Positions 12,501 through 24,502 of a DNA stretch of 64,000 bases are shown here, piece by piece. The position numbers and the translations under genes were made by a program. Numbering within the stretch: position 1 is the stretch's first letter; each line of letters opens with the position of its first letter. The notes under the pieces were generated by a model. It saw only the letters and a program-made list of their open reading frames with translations, was not told the origin of the DNA and did not search any database. Source of the DNA: Amoebophrya sp. A120 (lineage: Eukaryota > Protista > Dinoflagellata); NCBI GenBank assembly GCA_905178155.1, contig CAJINV010000002.1:7346743-7410742 (forward strand), read 5' to 3'.

Positions 12501-13338
12501 GCAGCCTTTTGGAGAGTGGCATGATCGAGGAGGAAAATATCAAGAATAATAGCGACGAAACGACTGCTCAGGAGCCCAAGCCTTTCGAACTGCTCGAGAA
12601 GATCGTGTTCTCGGAGCACAAGGTCCGCCTCATCCTGGCCTTCAAGAAGCAGAACAACAGTGCAACTGATAATGATAAACCGCTGCAAAAGATCATGAAG
12701 CGAAATATCAAGATTTCCGAGGTGTTCCGCTGGGTAATCAAGGACGAATTGAAGATTATCGAAGACTATGGTCTCGGGGAGCCGTATGGATGTGTCAGGA
12801 TTGAAATCGTCAAAGTTGAAATGACTTGCCATGCATAAAATGCAAGGCATGAAGTGCCTGTCTTGCCGGGATGGCAAGTGAGGCAGATTGTGAGCCTATT
12901 TAGGGTTTGGGATAGAGCTGCCAAAGGAGCATGACAAAAGCAGTCTTCTGTGCCCAAGCAGCATGACAAATTGGATTCCGGTGCTCCGAAAATTTGTCAT
13001 GCGCCGCTTGGAAATTGGTCTTCCAACTGGTATCCATTTCATGCATGACAAACCATTTCAACGCATGTCGATTTCAAACCTGACGCCTCCATAAGCCGAG
13101 TCTGGAGCAAGTCTTCCTTAGGTTCGCCAAAGTACAGGAAGAGATGGACGCGGAGAAAGAGTTGTTGGCGAACTTCGAAGGGACGCTGTATTACAACCCG
13201 TTTACGGAGAAGTATGGGATGGAACGAGTCGTGTTTGACCAGAAGAAGAACGAATGGTACGACATCGAAGCGAGGCAGTACTACGACCAGGACGCCCAGG
13301 CGTGGTACGAGCCGCTTTTTTCCAAAAGTCCCCAGTAG
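6573..13338 (+). CDS. ABCA-subfamily full ABC transporter, paralog 2. Exons approx. 6573-7209, 7475-7523, 7774-11207, 11418-11568, 11719-12784, 13099-13338
   Basis: TMD-NBD-TMD-NBD layout with the ABCA motif [25 protein letters not shown]1: GHNGAGKTT / LSGGQKRRL / [13 protein letters not shown]2: GPNGAGKTT / YSGGMKRKL. The frame is restored by 4 introners plus 1 GT-AG intron. Confidence 0.92.
7210..7469. mobile_element. Introner in ABCA-2
   Basis: ATCCA/ATCAA flanks; TAT...ATA ends; inverted repeat ATGTCTGGGTCTGGAAGA / TCTTCCAGACCCAGACAT. Confidence 0.85.
7524..7768. mobile_element. Introner in ABCA-2 (same family as 20264-20498)
   Basis: ATCTT/GTCTT flanks; ~50-bp imperfect TIR TATGGCGCTCTCAAACGTTACACTCTCAACTGTTACA / TGTAACAGTTGAGAATGTAACATTTGGGAGCTCCATA. 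Confidence 0.88.
11208..11417 (+). other. Canonical GT-AG intron in ABCA-2
   Basis: CTCG|GTATC...CAACAG|GCATC restores [12 protein letters not shown]; the paralog has GVTLGVPVGECF uninterrupted. Confidence 0.85.
11569..11713. mobile_element. Introner in ABCA-2
   Basis: TACTT/ATCTT flanks; TAT...ATA ends; perfect 22-bp inverted repeat TGCAAAAGTATCGTACTCGTAT. Removal gives DDYFESSR (paralog TDCFASSR). Confidence 0.88.
12785..13093. mobile_element. Introner in ABCA-2
   Basis: AGCCG direct repeats at 12780-12784 and 13094-13098; TAT...ATA ends; ~55-bp imperfect TIR. Removal gives [11 protein letters not shown] (paralog LGEPTLEQVFL). Confidence 0.92.
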
Positions 13339-15242
13339 TTGTGGGGGGATGAAGATTTCTGAGTGCTGACTAAGTGGTCTACTCGGCAAGTGGAAAAAGC
13401 TTTTATAATCGAGGGAAACCCGAAACAAGATGAAGGAAGAGAACTTTGAAGGGAGTCGACGACGATTTTGCCGCCGTTAACCGCTTGAAGCGGTGTTGGC
13501 TAAGCCAAGCGGGGGCATTTTCTTCCCAAGTAGAATTAGATGGCAAAAGTGGTTTAAGTTAACTTTTAACTCATGAAAATCTGCCACTGGATCTCTTCAG
13601 AATCTTCTAAAACTGAAAACTGGTAGTGGATTCACGATTGTTGTAGTGAAACAACAAGAATGAATGCACTTCCACTTTAATTTGTCATCGCCTGGAGTTC
13701 AAGTTCGCACACGAACTTTTATTTTTGATGTTCTGGCTCAGGAAAGGAATGACATTAGGATGAGCTGGCTCCGCTTTTGCAAGCGGGTGCTATCCACTTC
13801 ATCTTCAACACAAATAAGCAGAAGTCGTCGACATTGTGCGCAACACTTCTTCTACATAGTACGTGATAGTATCTGTGTTTTGATTGATCATATCAAAAGT
13901 CCGAGCGAGCTGTAGTTTGATTTTGATGCCAGTGAAGAAAGCATCAAGATTACGGAATCCGCTGCTACAGCTTGATTATTTTTTGGTTGAGTACCAGTCC
14001 CCTGTGTAAGTAAGTAAGTAAGTATGCGATCACAGTAGTTGCAATACGCTTTTTATGCAGTATGATCATGACGAGCCTATGCATTTTGCTTTTGGTGTGG
14101 TAGAGTGCAGCGGTGGTCATCCAGTACAAAAACCGTTCTAATAATCCATTCCTCGCTAGGATCTGAAAGGAGTAGACATCGAAGTAAAGCAAGCACATGA
14201 TGCAGCTTTTCAGGTCCTAGCGAAGGAAATTGTTTTGGAGGATCATGGAAAGTAAAAAAGACCTGCATTAGCTTGCACTTAATGTGGTCGTGTTTTTCCG
14301 CCGGAAAGGAAAGTTGTGTTCGAATGGCGCGATGGTGATGGATTGGCTCAGAACGCAGCTGCTCAGACACCAGGCTAACCATAGAGAAATCGGCAAATTA
14401 CAATCTGACTCCGAGTTGCCTCTTTGGGAATCATCTTGGTGTTACATTCATATCCATAAGAACCGGCGGCCAATTTCCTATTCGAGGTATGTCCGAGAAG
14501 TAGTATGCAACACACACAGAGGACACGGTCTGTGTCTAACAGTTGCCGTAGCATCGGTTTCGGTAGGTTCGAGAGGAAGAAAGAAAAAGAAATCGCGTTT
14601 TTGCAGCCGCGTTCACTGTGTATCAGAGCACACAACGCGATAATTTTGGAGCGATACACACCTTGCACAGCATTACTTCTAGTTCTACTAGGGGATGCAT
14701 ATTACTAACGTGCAACTGCAAGAGGGACGACAGAGACATACTGTAGAAGATACTTCTGAGCTGCATTTTTTGTGTCCCGTGGGAACCACGAGGGAGCAGA
14801 GTGCAGCTACGTGTGTTGTTTTTTCAGTTGAAGCCAACTACACTTCAACTTCTGACTGCACTGGCAGCACTATCTTCATATTCTCAGTGTCCAACAACCT
14901 GCATGTTTTGTTACCCTTACAACCTCCATGATCTTCGTCGCCCTCGCCTCATCTCAATCCCCTCTCATGGTACACCTCCTTGAATTGTATTCGTACCCCC
15001 ACGCGCAAGAATAATATTGTAATTTATCACAACAAACGTTGTATCTATGTTGTAGGTTCTTTTTCTATGATCGACGCATTGACTACTGCAATGATGAAGA
15101 TTACTCATGTTTTACAGTTGCTGTCCACCAGCAGTAGGACGAAGAAGATGTCTTGACGCAGGTAAGCACATACACAAGCAACCTAGGTATATGTTTTTCG
15201 TTTGAAAGGTATCAGTCCTGAAAGAACTCCCCATCTGACAGG

Positions 15243-18020
15243 ATGTCCGCGTTCCTCACCTCCGCGTACACGGTGGTGTCCGCCAGTGCCAACCTGGTCA
15301 TCGGCACCAAGCAGATGACGGACAAGGCTCGGCGGTTTTTACAGAACAGCAACGACCCCTACGATTTCTATGGAAGCAATTCCGCGAACAGCTTGTTCGG
15401 TTCGTTTGAGGTGCGCAAGCGGCTGTTTACCCTGCAAGCCCGCTTGAATTGCCTCGTCACGCCATTGTCTTTCCTGCTCCTCTGGTCGATGGACAAGGAC
15501 TCGTGCATCCGCCAGCTCCTGTTAAACGCCATGAGCACGGTGGAAAACGTGGACTTGTTTCTCAACGGTTTGGGCTTCTGCGGGTACGGGCTGGGCAGCG
15601 GGGGAGGAGGTGCGACGAGGAACAGTAAATTATTGACCCCGCGCGGGGGCAGCGCGTTGCACAACAACTCAGCGGGAGGAGGAGGTGTGCCAGGTAATTA
15701 TGGAGCTGGTTTTGCTGATGACAGAGACCACGGCGGTAGCGGCGGCAATATCAATCTGAATCCGATGGACCTGAACGCTCCCGGTGGACCACAGGTAGAC
15801 CAGATGAACAAAACAGCGGGCGAAAGCGGCACCGGAGCAAATGCGAACTCCACGACATCCGAACAAGACATTCTGGACAGTTTGGATTTTCACATTCGCG
15901 AATTGGATTTTGCGCAGCAAAGTGTCACCATGGCACTCACCATGGTGAATACTCCTGGGTGTCTTGCGGCAGAAGGTGGAGGAACAACTGTCACTAGTAG
16001 TAAAACGCTCGCTCGTGTGAATTTAGACTGTGGCCAGAGCAGGACGTCGGGCGCCACAGGATCCTCTAACACGACCCATCATTCGGATGCTCCTCATCCA
16101 CCACTACTACCCACCAGCGTTTCCCCCTCGGCCTTGCTGAAGGCCACCAAGCGCATTCAGGAGGTGGCCCTGGTGCCGGGTGGGGGCGAGTTGTGCGTGT
16201 GTGTGGGTCAACTTTCGGTCAACGGCGAAGCGTTTTTCCGTGCGCGGCTGAAGATTCTAATGCAGAACAAGTGCTTCCAGCTCCGGCTTGACCCCGTTTG
16301 GAACGTAGACGAGGAAGACCACGGAACTGTAAAAGACATAAATAGCGCCACAACCAGCAACATCGCCAGCACCCAATTTCCCATTTCTGTAGCGCTCGAC
16401 TTTGAGCTCATGAATTACGAGAACAAGAATCACGGCGCGGCGCCAGCGGCTGCTTCGAACAACACGAAATCTTCCGATGTCGCCAGCACATCTAGAACCA
16501 CAACAGCACATCACCATTGTGGAGGAAGTTCGGGGACCCCCGCTGCCCAGTCTACTCAGCAGGGACAACCAGCCCTCCCCTGTCTTGCGGTGAAATGGAG
16601 CGAGAGCGGCATGAGTTCGGTTATCGAGACGGGCGACTTTGTACATCTTGAGGACGACTTCATGGCGATTGATGCTCCCGAAGACGATGCGCTGTTTGCA
16701 TCCACCAGCGCTGGAGCAGGCCCGGCAGGCGCGTCAACAATAAACAAGCTCGCACGAGGCATAGTCAACGGTGGAGTAAGTTGTAATGCATCAGGAGCGA
16801 CGAGCAAATTACAGCCCCGAAACTCGTTGATCGCCGGCGGAGCTACGAGCTCGACGACCGCAAGAGCCGGCGTTGCCAGTCTGAATACTTACCACTTCCT
16901 GTTCGATTTGCTCGACGGAAACGCTTGCGCAACGGCACAAATTCCAGCTACTTCTTCCACGGGCAGCTCATCAACGACCGCCGGTGGTTTTTCTCGAGGG
17001 TCTACTGGTGCTAGAGGAGGTTTGATAGGCGGTGGTAGCACGACGACGAACACCACGACAATGACCCCTATCGAGTTCTTCTACACGGCGCGGCTGTGCA
17101 CCGTGGCCGACCCCTCCGTCGCGTTTTCAGCGGGCGCGGGGAAGATGAGTCCGGCGTTGTTGAAGGCGTTTAGCATGATCAGTGCGGGCCGGAAATCGAG
17201 CGGTGGTAACGTGGAGGACGTGATTTTGTCTCTGCCGGACGAGACCATGCGAGAACTACTGCGGACCAAAGGCTTGACAAACCAGAGCGAGTTGTACGCG
17301 CAAAAATTGGCCGAACAAGAGAAAATCAAAAAAGCCGCTGCAGCCAGGGCCGCGTCCTCTAGTACGAGTGCAGGTGCAGCTACTGGAGGGGCGGGCGCGA
17401 AAAGCGGTAGTGCTGAGCGAGGTCCAAAACTAACAAGAAACGCGCCGAACCATGCAACTACAGCGAAGAGCTCGATCCTTTCGGGCAGCAGTTGCGACGA
17501 GGGCTATGCCGACGGAATCAAAACTTCAGACGCAGGCAGTTCTCATGGCGAAGATACAACCAGCAAGCACCTCTTTCGCCCAGATGAAAGACCCCCTGCC
17601 CCTTCTTCACAACGCGTAGCGGGCAGCGCCGACAATTCTGTCTCGAAGCTGCACGAAGACAAAATACTAGTGAATCCTGGAGGTGTAGGAGCCGGTGCTG
17701 TGGCAGGTAGTAGTTCCCTAGAAGCGCAAATAACGACGTCCACTAGCACGACATGTGCTCCCGTGGAACAAAATCTTCAGCCAGGAAGCAATAACATGAG
17801 CGCAGCTGCGACCTCAACGTCATCCAGTGAGAACGAAAGCAGTAGTGAGGTCTTAGCGTTAGGTGGGAGCTGCAAGAATGGTGCAAATTCTACTGCCGAG
17901 AAGCATGGAAGTGTCCTCCGAGCGGAGGCTTTTGACGGAGTTACGCCGACGTCGTCCAAAGAGCAAGCGGAGTCGTGCCAGGAGCACGAGGAAGAGTCGT
18001 TTCTGGATGCCTGTCAGTAA
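15243..18020 (+). CDS. Hypothetical protein (925 aa; globular blocks separated by S/T/G/A-rich linkers); probable 5'-UTR GT-AG intron at 15162-15241
   Basis: Long ORF with GC-rich coding bias; no family recognised. Confidence 0.7.
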   Translation: MSAFLTSAYTVVSASANLVIGTKQMTDKARRFLQNSNDPYDFYGSNSANSLFGSFEVRKRLFTLQARLNCLVTPLSFLLLWSMDKDSCIRQLLLNAMSTVENVDLFLNGLGFCGYGLGSGGGGATRNSKLLTPRGGSALHNNSAGGGGVPGNYGAGFADDRDHGGSGGNINLNPMDLNAPGGPQVDQMNKTAGESGTGANANSTTSEQDILDSLDFHIRELDFAQQSVTMALTMVNTPGCLAAEGGGTTVTSSKTLARVNLDCGQSRTSGATGSSNTTHHSDAPHPPLLPTSVSPSALLKATKRIQEVALVPGGGELCVCVGQLSVNGEAFFRARLKILMQNKCFQLRLDPVWNVDEEDHGTVKDINSATTSNIASTQFPISVALDFELMNYENKNHGAAPAAASNNTKSSDVASTSRTTTAHHHCGGSSGTPAAQSTQQGQPALPCLAVKWSESGMSSVIETGDFVHLEDDFMAIDAPEDDALFASTSAGAGPAGASTINKLARGIVNGGVSCNASGATSKLQPRNSLIAGGATSSTTARAGVASLNTYHFLFDLLDGNACATAQIPATSSTGSSSTTAGGFSRGSTGARGGLIGGGSTTTNTTTMTPIEFFYTARLCTVADPSVAFSAGAGKMSPALLKAFSMISAGRKSSGGNVEDVILSLPDETMRELLRTKGLTNQSELYAQKLAEQEKIKKAAAARAASSSTSAGAATGGAGAKSGSAERGPKLTRNAPNHATTAKSSILSGSSCDEGYADGIKTSDAGSSHGEDTTSKHLFRPDERPPAPSSQRVAGSADNSVSKLHEDKILVNPGGVGAGAVAGSSSLEAQITTSTSTTCAPVEQNLQPGSNNMSAAATSTSSSENESSSEVLALGGSCKNGANSTAEKHGSVLRAEAFDGVTPTSSKEQAESCQEHEEESFLDACQ

Positions 18021-19289
18021 CGAGGAGACCAGCGATTGGCCATAGGAACGCGCATGGCAGTGAAGCCATTCGAGATCGGAGGTCCCCGGTGCTCCACTGA
18101 CTATTTTTTGCTCATGGGCCGGTAGTAGTTGGAAATTTCAATTTGACATGTCACTTGGGCTCACAACTGTTGGCAATGGCAATGCGATCTTCACGATAGT
18201 CGATGAAAAAGGACCATGCGCACTCTTCTTCACCTGCTGCAGAGCTATCCTGTACAAACTTTCGCGAGCGGTCTTTCATTCTGGTCGCTACGCGAAAATT
18301 AATTTCAGTGTAGACAGAGAGTAAAAAAAGCACACGATCACCTGTGTGCATCTGCATGCCATACGATTCCTTTGCCTGTTCAGAACCATGCGAAACTCCT
18401 AGATTCCTATTTCATTGCTTGAATGAGTATGAGCCGGTCGGTAGGAAACAGAAGTAGACACGAGTCGTCTGCATGTTTCAAAAAGCTAATCGGTTGCTTT
18501 GAACACTGTAAGCAAATCCAAATCGCGCGATTACGATTTGATATGAAGCAAATTAATCGTAGGGCACCATTTCGGTTTCTCCTCAAGATCGCTCATCCTT
18601 CTGATGAGTGCCTCAAGTACCTCATCTGGATCTGTCAGCAACATGCAGATTTGGTCCCTGGTGTTTCTACCTAGCGCCAATCGCAGTCTTCGGTCGTTTC
18701 ACGTTCGGTTTGATTCGACGCAGCCTCGGTGGACCGCATATCATGCAAAGCACATGCACTGCTGATGTTGGAGTTGGACATTGTTTTTAAGTTTGATATT
18801 GATTATCATATTTTGCCGAATATTCGACTCCCAGGATGTGGTGTTTTGACCTTGAGTACGAGATTTCGCTTCGGCATTCCTTACAACGAAGACACACATT
18901 CCAAACCACTTTTCTGTGCTCGACGCGCTCCTTTCTCATGAAGTCATCTAATACTAATATTAAGCCCTCTTTGCCTTTCCTGCACCGATAACCACATTGC
19001 TCTTCGTGCACCAATATCCTCTACTGTACAGACCACAACCTTTAAATTTTATCCCTAGAATTTGTGCTCACGCACCAGCTTTGACTTTCTCTAACTACCG
19101 TGCGTTGCTATTCCTATTCCTATTGTGTTGAAAAAAAGTTACATGTTTTACGAACGAAGCCTGCTTTTTCTCTTGAACCACATCCATTCTATGCTCGCAG
19201 AGGTTGTTGACTTCTAGACTCTTTCCCGGGCCAGCAGTCCCTGAGAGGACCACAGCCACACCATCGTTATCTCACGGAAAATCAAAAAC

Positions 19290-22200
19290 ATGTCGTCAAC
19301 TAGTACGACAAACACGCCGCCTTCTTCTTCCGGCACAGACACCAAAACCATGCTCCCGAAGCCGGGCACGGAAATCTGCCGCGAGACGCTCCACGTCTTG
19401 GATGCGAATTTGATCCGAATCCAGGAGCGCATGCTCAAGATTCGGTGCGGCTTTTCCGAGGCGCTGGCGGACGAGGCGGCGGCGCTGCTCACGCTGAGTG
19501 GCAACAGCGTGGATTTCAGCCACGACGGGGAGGCGGAAGACACCATCGTGGTGCGCCCGCAGGACTGGAAGCCGCGCGATGCGGCTGCACCAGGAGGGGA
19601 GATTTATGACGAAGGAGGTTTCGTCAGAGGTGCTCTAAGTAGCACGAGCAGCGCAAGCGCTGGTACAACCAGGTCCACTTCTTCTTCTTCAAATTCTACT
19701 ACGGCGCAGAGGACTAGCGATGGGCACAGAAACACAACAAGCACAAGGGCTGGCGGGACGAGGAGCGGCTCTAGTACTACAAGCACTACCAGCACTACCA
19801 CGACTTCACTTTCTGGAATTCCTCCTGCCAGCCGGACTCGAACCATGTTTCTGTTGGTGGAGCAGCAGAAGCTCCCACAATACAACTCGGCCGCCGTATT
19901 ACAGTGAAAAGTGCCCCCCACCCCCAAAGTTGCAAAAATTTGTGATGCGAAGTTTCCAAATGAAAACTTTTTGTCATGCATCAAAGAAGTACGAATCTTT
20001 ATCTTTCTGATGCAGAGTCTAGTCGTGTTTCGCATCGCTTGCATGACAAGCACCGCTCTTGCTGGGATCTTTTGCAATACAAATTTTCGCTATTTACCAT
20101 CGGAAATCTGTGATGCTGATACATGCAAGAGGGCGAATGTTTCATTTGGAAAGGTTTGCAATACAAATGCTTTCAAGTTCGGGGGTGGGGGCATTTTTCA
20201 TTGTAATACGCCGAAAACGCGACGGCGCTTCTGTCCGGGACCACGTCGAGAGTGGCGAGTCTGTATGGCGTTCTCAACTGTTACACTCTCAGCTGTTACA
20301 TGGATTTGTGACGCAAGAATGGCAAAAGTGGAAGGGGTCACCTCGCGCGTCTTGCATGACAGATCTGGCAAAGATTTTCAGCCTGTTTGGCTCTTCGAGA
20401 ATTTGTCATGCGAAGCAGCTCGATCGTGTCGATTCTGATTGTGGTTTTGCATTACAAATCATGTAACAGTTGAGAATGTAACATTTGAGAACGCCATAGC
20501 CTGATGAGCCGGCTTTTGTTCTCGTCCTCGTCTACTTCCGCCGCTCCTGCGACGACCGGCGCAAGAACCGGGGATGGCGCCGCGGAAGGAGGTGAAGGAG
20601 CCCAAGACAGCACGAACTCTTCCGCGAAGCAGGATAAAGATTCCCAGAAAGACCACAACAACGCGAAGCCCAAGGCGAGCTACAATTTCGCCTCAGCCGC
20701 ATCGAGCTCGCAACTACACAACACCGAAATTATCCAGTTTGAGCCTGCCTGCGCAGCACGCGTGACTCTACACGGGTTTTTTGATCATCATGACCAACAA
20801 CTCGGGGCTGCGGCGGGGCATAAGTCTTCTGCGGACGTGGGGCAAGTTTCTTCTGTTTCTTCTTCTTCCTTTGCAGCCTTTCCAGAGGCAGCTGCAACTA
20901 TCGAGGAGGAGTGGGAGATTGTGAGCAAGGACGACGCTTTAGAGCAGTCGTCCTCTTCCTCATCCGCGTCTACCTCGGCCGTGAATATTCAAAAAGCGGA
21001 GAACTACTTCAACGCCTCGAGTCTGGAAGAAATCTTTCGTGACTACGAGTACGACTTTCCAAAGCCGGATCATGTTGTTGGCCAAACAACAATGACCACG
21101 GGCGGGACTAAAAGTGGCAAAAACGGCACGATCAACATGAACAAGTCTAGGACATCAAATGTGAAACAGCAGAAAACCATCATCCTCGAAGACATTTTCG
21201 TGCTGAAGCATCTGAAGCAGGTCGGGCTGGAATTCCGCCTGGTCAATTTCCTCCAGGATTTAGCGGAGGCGGAAAACGCAGATCTCTGGATGCTGTGCCG
21301 TTCGCAAACGGAGAAAGGGTATTGGAAGTGGAAACTGAACTGCGCCGACCAGCAATCGAATTATCACAACTCAGCGACATCTTCTTTTCGTGGCAAAAAT
21401 GGTGCTCAACACATGACGAAGAGCCTGACACTGCAACAACGCCACCTGTCGTCGTCGACGACACAGGTGACTGCAAGCGGTTCGTCCGCAGCTGGTACTC
21501 CTGCTGCGCCTTCGAAAAGTTCCTTTAGCTTGAGCATCAACCTGCTAGGATCATCTTCAAACAACGGCCCAAGTGCGACTGCTGGTCGTGACGGAGCCTC
21601 TAGTACCCACGCTATGAAAAACGCCACTTTCCCCTCGATGCTCAACAGTATCATCGCGGAAAATAGCAACCACAGTGTGCACAGGGGCGGGGTGCTGGGG
21701 AACCATCAGAGCAGTGGTCTCACGCAAACAACGGTGACCGACCTCGTGGAATCGGAAATCCTGCAAAGTCGGCCATTTGCGCTGTGTATCCGCCGGCATG
21801 TGGAGGAAGACGAGCTGCAGTTCGGCGCCTTTTGCAGTGCCACATCGACCTCCTTCGCAGGCACTGGCTCATGTGCGGTTGCGACTAATGGAACAGCTTC
21901 TAGTACTCCAGGAGGCTCTCTGCATTCCAGTGGCCGGAGTGCGGCTACAACTACTTCAAGCAGCTCTAACAGCACTTCTTCTATCACCAGCTGGATGAAG
22001 CAGACAAGCGCAAGTAGCACGGGCGGAAAAGCGAATTCGAATTCCCTGGGTTCAGCGCCACCTCTAGTGCCAACCACAACAATCACGGCCACCGCATCCT
22101 CCGGCATCGCGGCGAACAGCAGCATTCGAAAGGTGGTGACTTTTCCGAACAAGAAGGAAAATTATACATCCAATGCTGGTCATCTAGCGCAAGTTTCGAA

Positions 22201-23323
22201 CACCGCCTCCCGGACAGCAGCACCCGGACTGCACCAGCCCACGCAGAACAGCATGCACATCAACCAGGTTGCAATGTTGAGCAGCAATTTAGTTTCAGGA
22301 GCCCCCGCAGCTCCAGGAACGAAGAAGAACAACGTGGAGTTCGAAATGAAGCCACTATTTGGCAAGGCAACAACACCAACTGGTGCTCCATCAGCATCGG
22401 GCTCTTGTTCTTCATCCTCAGACTCTTCTTCCTGGCCGCTGGATCTGATGAGCTCTTCTATGTTTTTCGCGCCGAGATTGCGTGCGGGATGTGGAGTTGC
22501 AGCAGGAGCAAATACTCCCACGACAGCACCAGCCGGTCTCCAGCACCAGGAGGTAGGGGGTGGAAGCTCCCGGGTCGGGAACACGACGACCAACGGGAGT
22601 ACTGTCAGCACGAAGAAGGAGGACAAGACTCTGGCCCAACTGTTTTCGGAAGCTGGCGATGTTGGCACCGAAAACTTTTTGAATTTCGGCAGTTCATCTT
22701 CTGTGAAGAAGCAGGATAGTACAGCAGCTGATGTTAATACCAGGCAGCTGCAGGAGCGCATCAACCCGAGGAACAACTTGGTCAACCTGATCCTCCGCAG
22801 CTCCGACAACACGCCCCTGCTGACGTCCGCTACAACTTCTACAACAGGCGTAACTAAAAATTCTGGTCGTGGGGGTGCAACGGATCGCATCCTTTTTCCG
22901 GCGCCCGCGAACAAAATTGGAACGGCGGGACAAGCTGCTGCTGGACCAAGCAGCCAAGTTCATCTCGGGGCAGCAGCTACAGTACCGGCAACGCAGCAGC
23001 AACACACGCCCCCGCTTTTCCCGACAACGGCTGTCCTCGGCGTGGATCTGGTTCCCGTGCTGACAGCCGCGGCGGCGTCCGCGGCAACGACAGCACGCCG
23101 AGACTGCAACGCATCTCAATCTGGGGCAGACCAGCAGGACAAGAAAAAAACTGCTGCGGTTTCATCTACAGGGGGGAAAAACAAAACCAAGACCGACTCG
23201 GAGACTGAGGTCGAGGAGCTGATGACGGCGGTTGCCGCAAGCCTGTCGACGGCGGAACAAGAAGACGAAGAGCTGGCCGAGGCCATTCGACTGAGCCTTC
23301 AAATCAAGGACTCCATTGTCTAA
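19290..23323 (+). CDS. Large low-complexity protein with C-terminal tandem ubiquitin-interacting motif (UIM)-like helices. Exons approx. 19290-19896, 20214-20263, 20504-23323
   Basis: Removing two introners joins the ORFs in frame (YNSAA|ENATALLSGTTSRVASL|MSRLLF). C-terminal EVEELMTAVAASLS and EDEELAEAIRLSLQ match the UIM consensus. Confidence 0.75.
19897..20208. mobile_element. Introner
   Basis: CGCCG direct repeats at 19892-19896 and 20209-20213; ~70-bp imperfect TIR TATTACAGTGAAAAGTGCCCCCCACCCCC / GGGGGTGGGGGCATTTTTCATTGTAATA. Confidence 0.92.
20264..20498. mobile_element. Introner (same family as 7524-7768)
   Basis: GTCTG/GCCTG flanks; TIR TATGGCGTTCTCAA / TTGAGAACGCCATA. Shares ACAAATCATGTAACAGTTGAGAATGTAACATTTG with ~7725-7758. 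Confidence 0.9.
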
Positions 23324-24502
23324 GTAGCTACTTCTACGCGGCTGCAGAAGTAACGCTCGTCTTCACGGCCTGTGCGCGCACAGTTATGAATTGCAATCCT
23401 TCAAATTCAAAGAGATTGCGATAAAATTCACTTGATAATTATTGTCAATTCCTTTATAGATTTCTTTTTCGCCATGAGTTGAACTTTGAAGAACGAGTTA
23501 AACTGATAGCAAAATCTGTAGAACCTTCGAATTCATTGCCTCATATTGCAACTTTTTATTCTGCACAGAAACGTTTACTCATCTAGACCTGTGTTATTGA
23601 TTCAGATTCACAACTTATTACATACATACTTTCAATCGGTTGTAGCAATCCAATAATTATTGCACCATCGTGACACTGTAACAAAAAATGAAGAGGTTTA
23701 GAACCTAAAAATCGAGATCCGATCGACGTCTACTCTATGCTTTTTCATGAGAAGTTTTCCTAACGTAATTGAACGAACAACATTTTTTTAGTTGACAAAT
23801 TCACATTGAATGCGCCCGCACGCTCGTATAAGTAGTATCATGGAAATTTCAAGTATTCATTTGAGCAGCAGCACTACATTTGCCCGTAATGGATATTCCA
23901 CGGAACAGATCAGCTCTCAATTTTGTATGCAACCGTTTGCAAAAAATTAATCGAAAACTTGATATTGTCTCCTCCGGTGCCACGTAGACTCTCAGGTTGT
24001 GTCTGACCAAGCATGCCAATGCCTGGCGCTAATCTCTCTGTTTTCATTTCTCCTACTCGAAGTCGGCTTCTATTTGTAATTTGCATTTCGCTATGTCTAT
24101 GCCAAGTGACCGCTTTCTTTCCCTGCGCTTGACGTTGATGGTGGGTGGTTTTCTTGGTCACGTTTTGCTTTAAAACCTTTGTGCACGCTCTCATGTCTCG
24201 AGGATCTCCATCTTTGCGTCTTGGTCGTTCTTGTCTGGTACGAGCCGTAGCACCACAAACACAAACACTACGTAGATCCAGCACTATAGATTAAGTATCA
24301 TTTTTTCGTTTTTGATTCTCTTTTATCTGCCATACTAGTGGGCTCAGATGACCGGCGTGCATTGTGCAAGGGGAAAGTCCCCAACAAAAGAAGTAGGTTG
24401 TCCGTGGTTCCTTGGACGTATTGTCGTGAAAAACGATATGCGTGCACTATCAGTGGCAGAGCGTGCCTAGATGATAATAACGGTGGTTGAAAATGAAATA
24501 AA

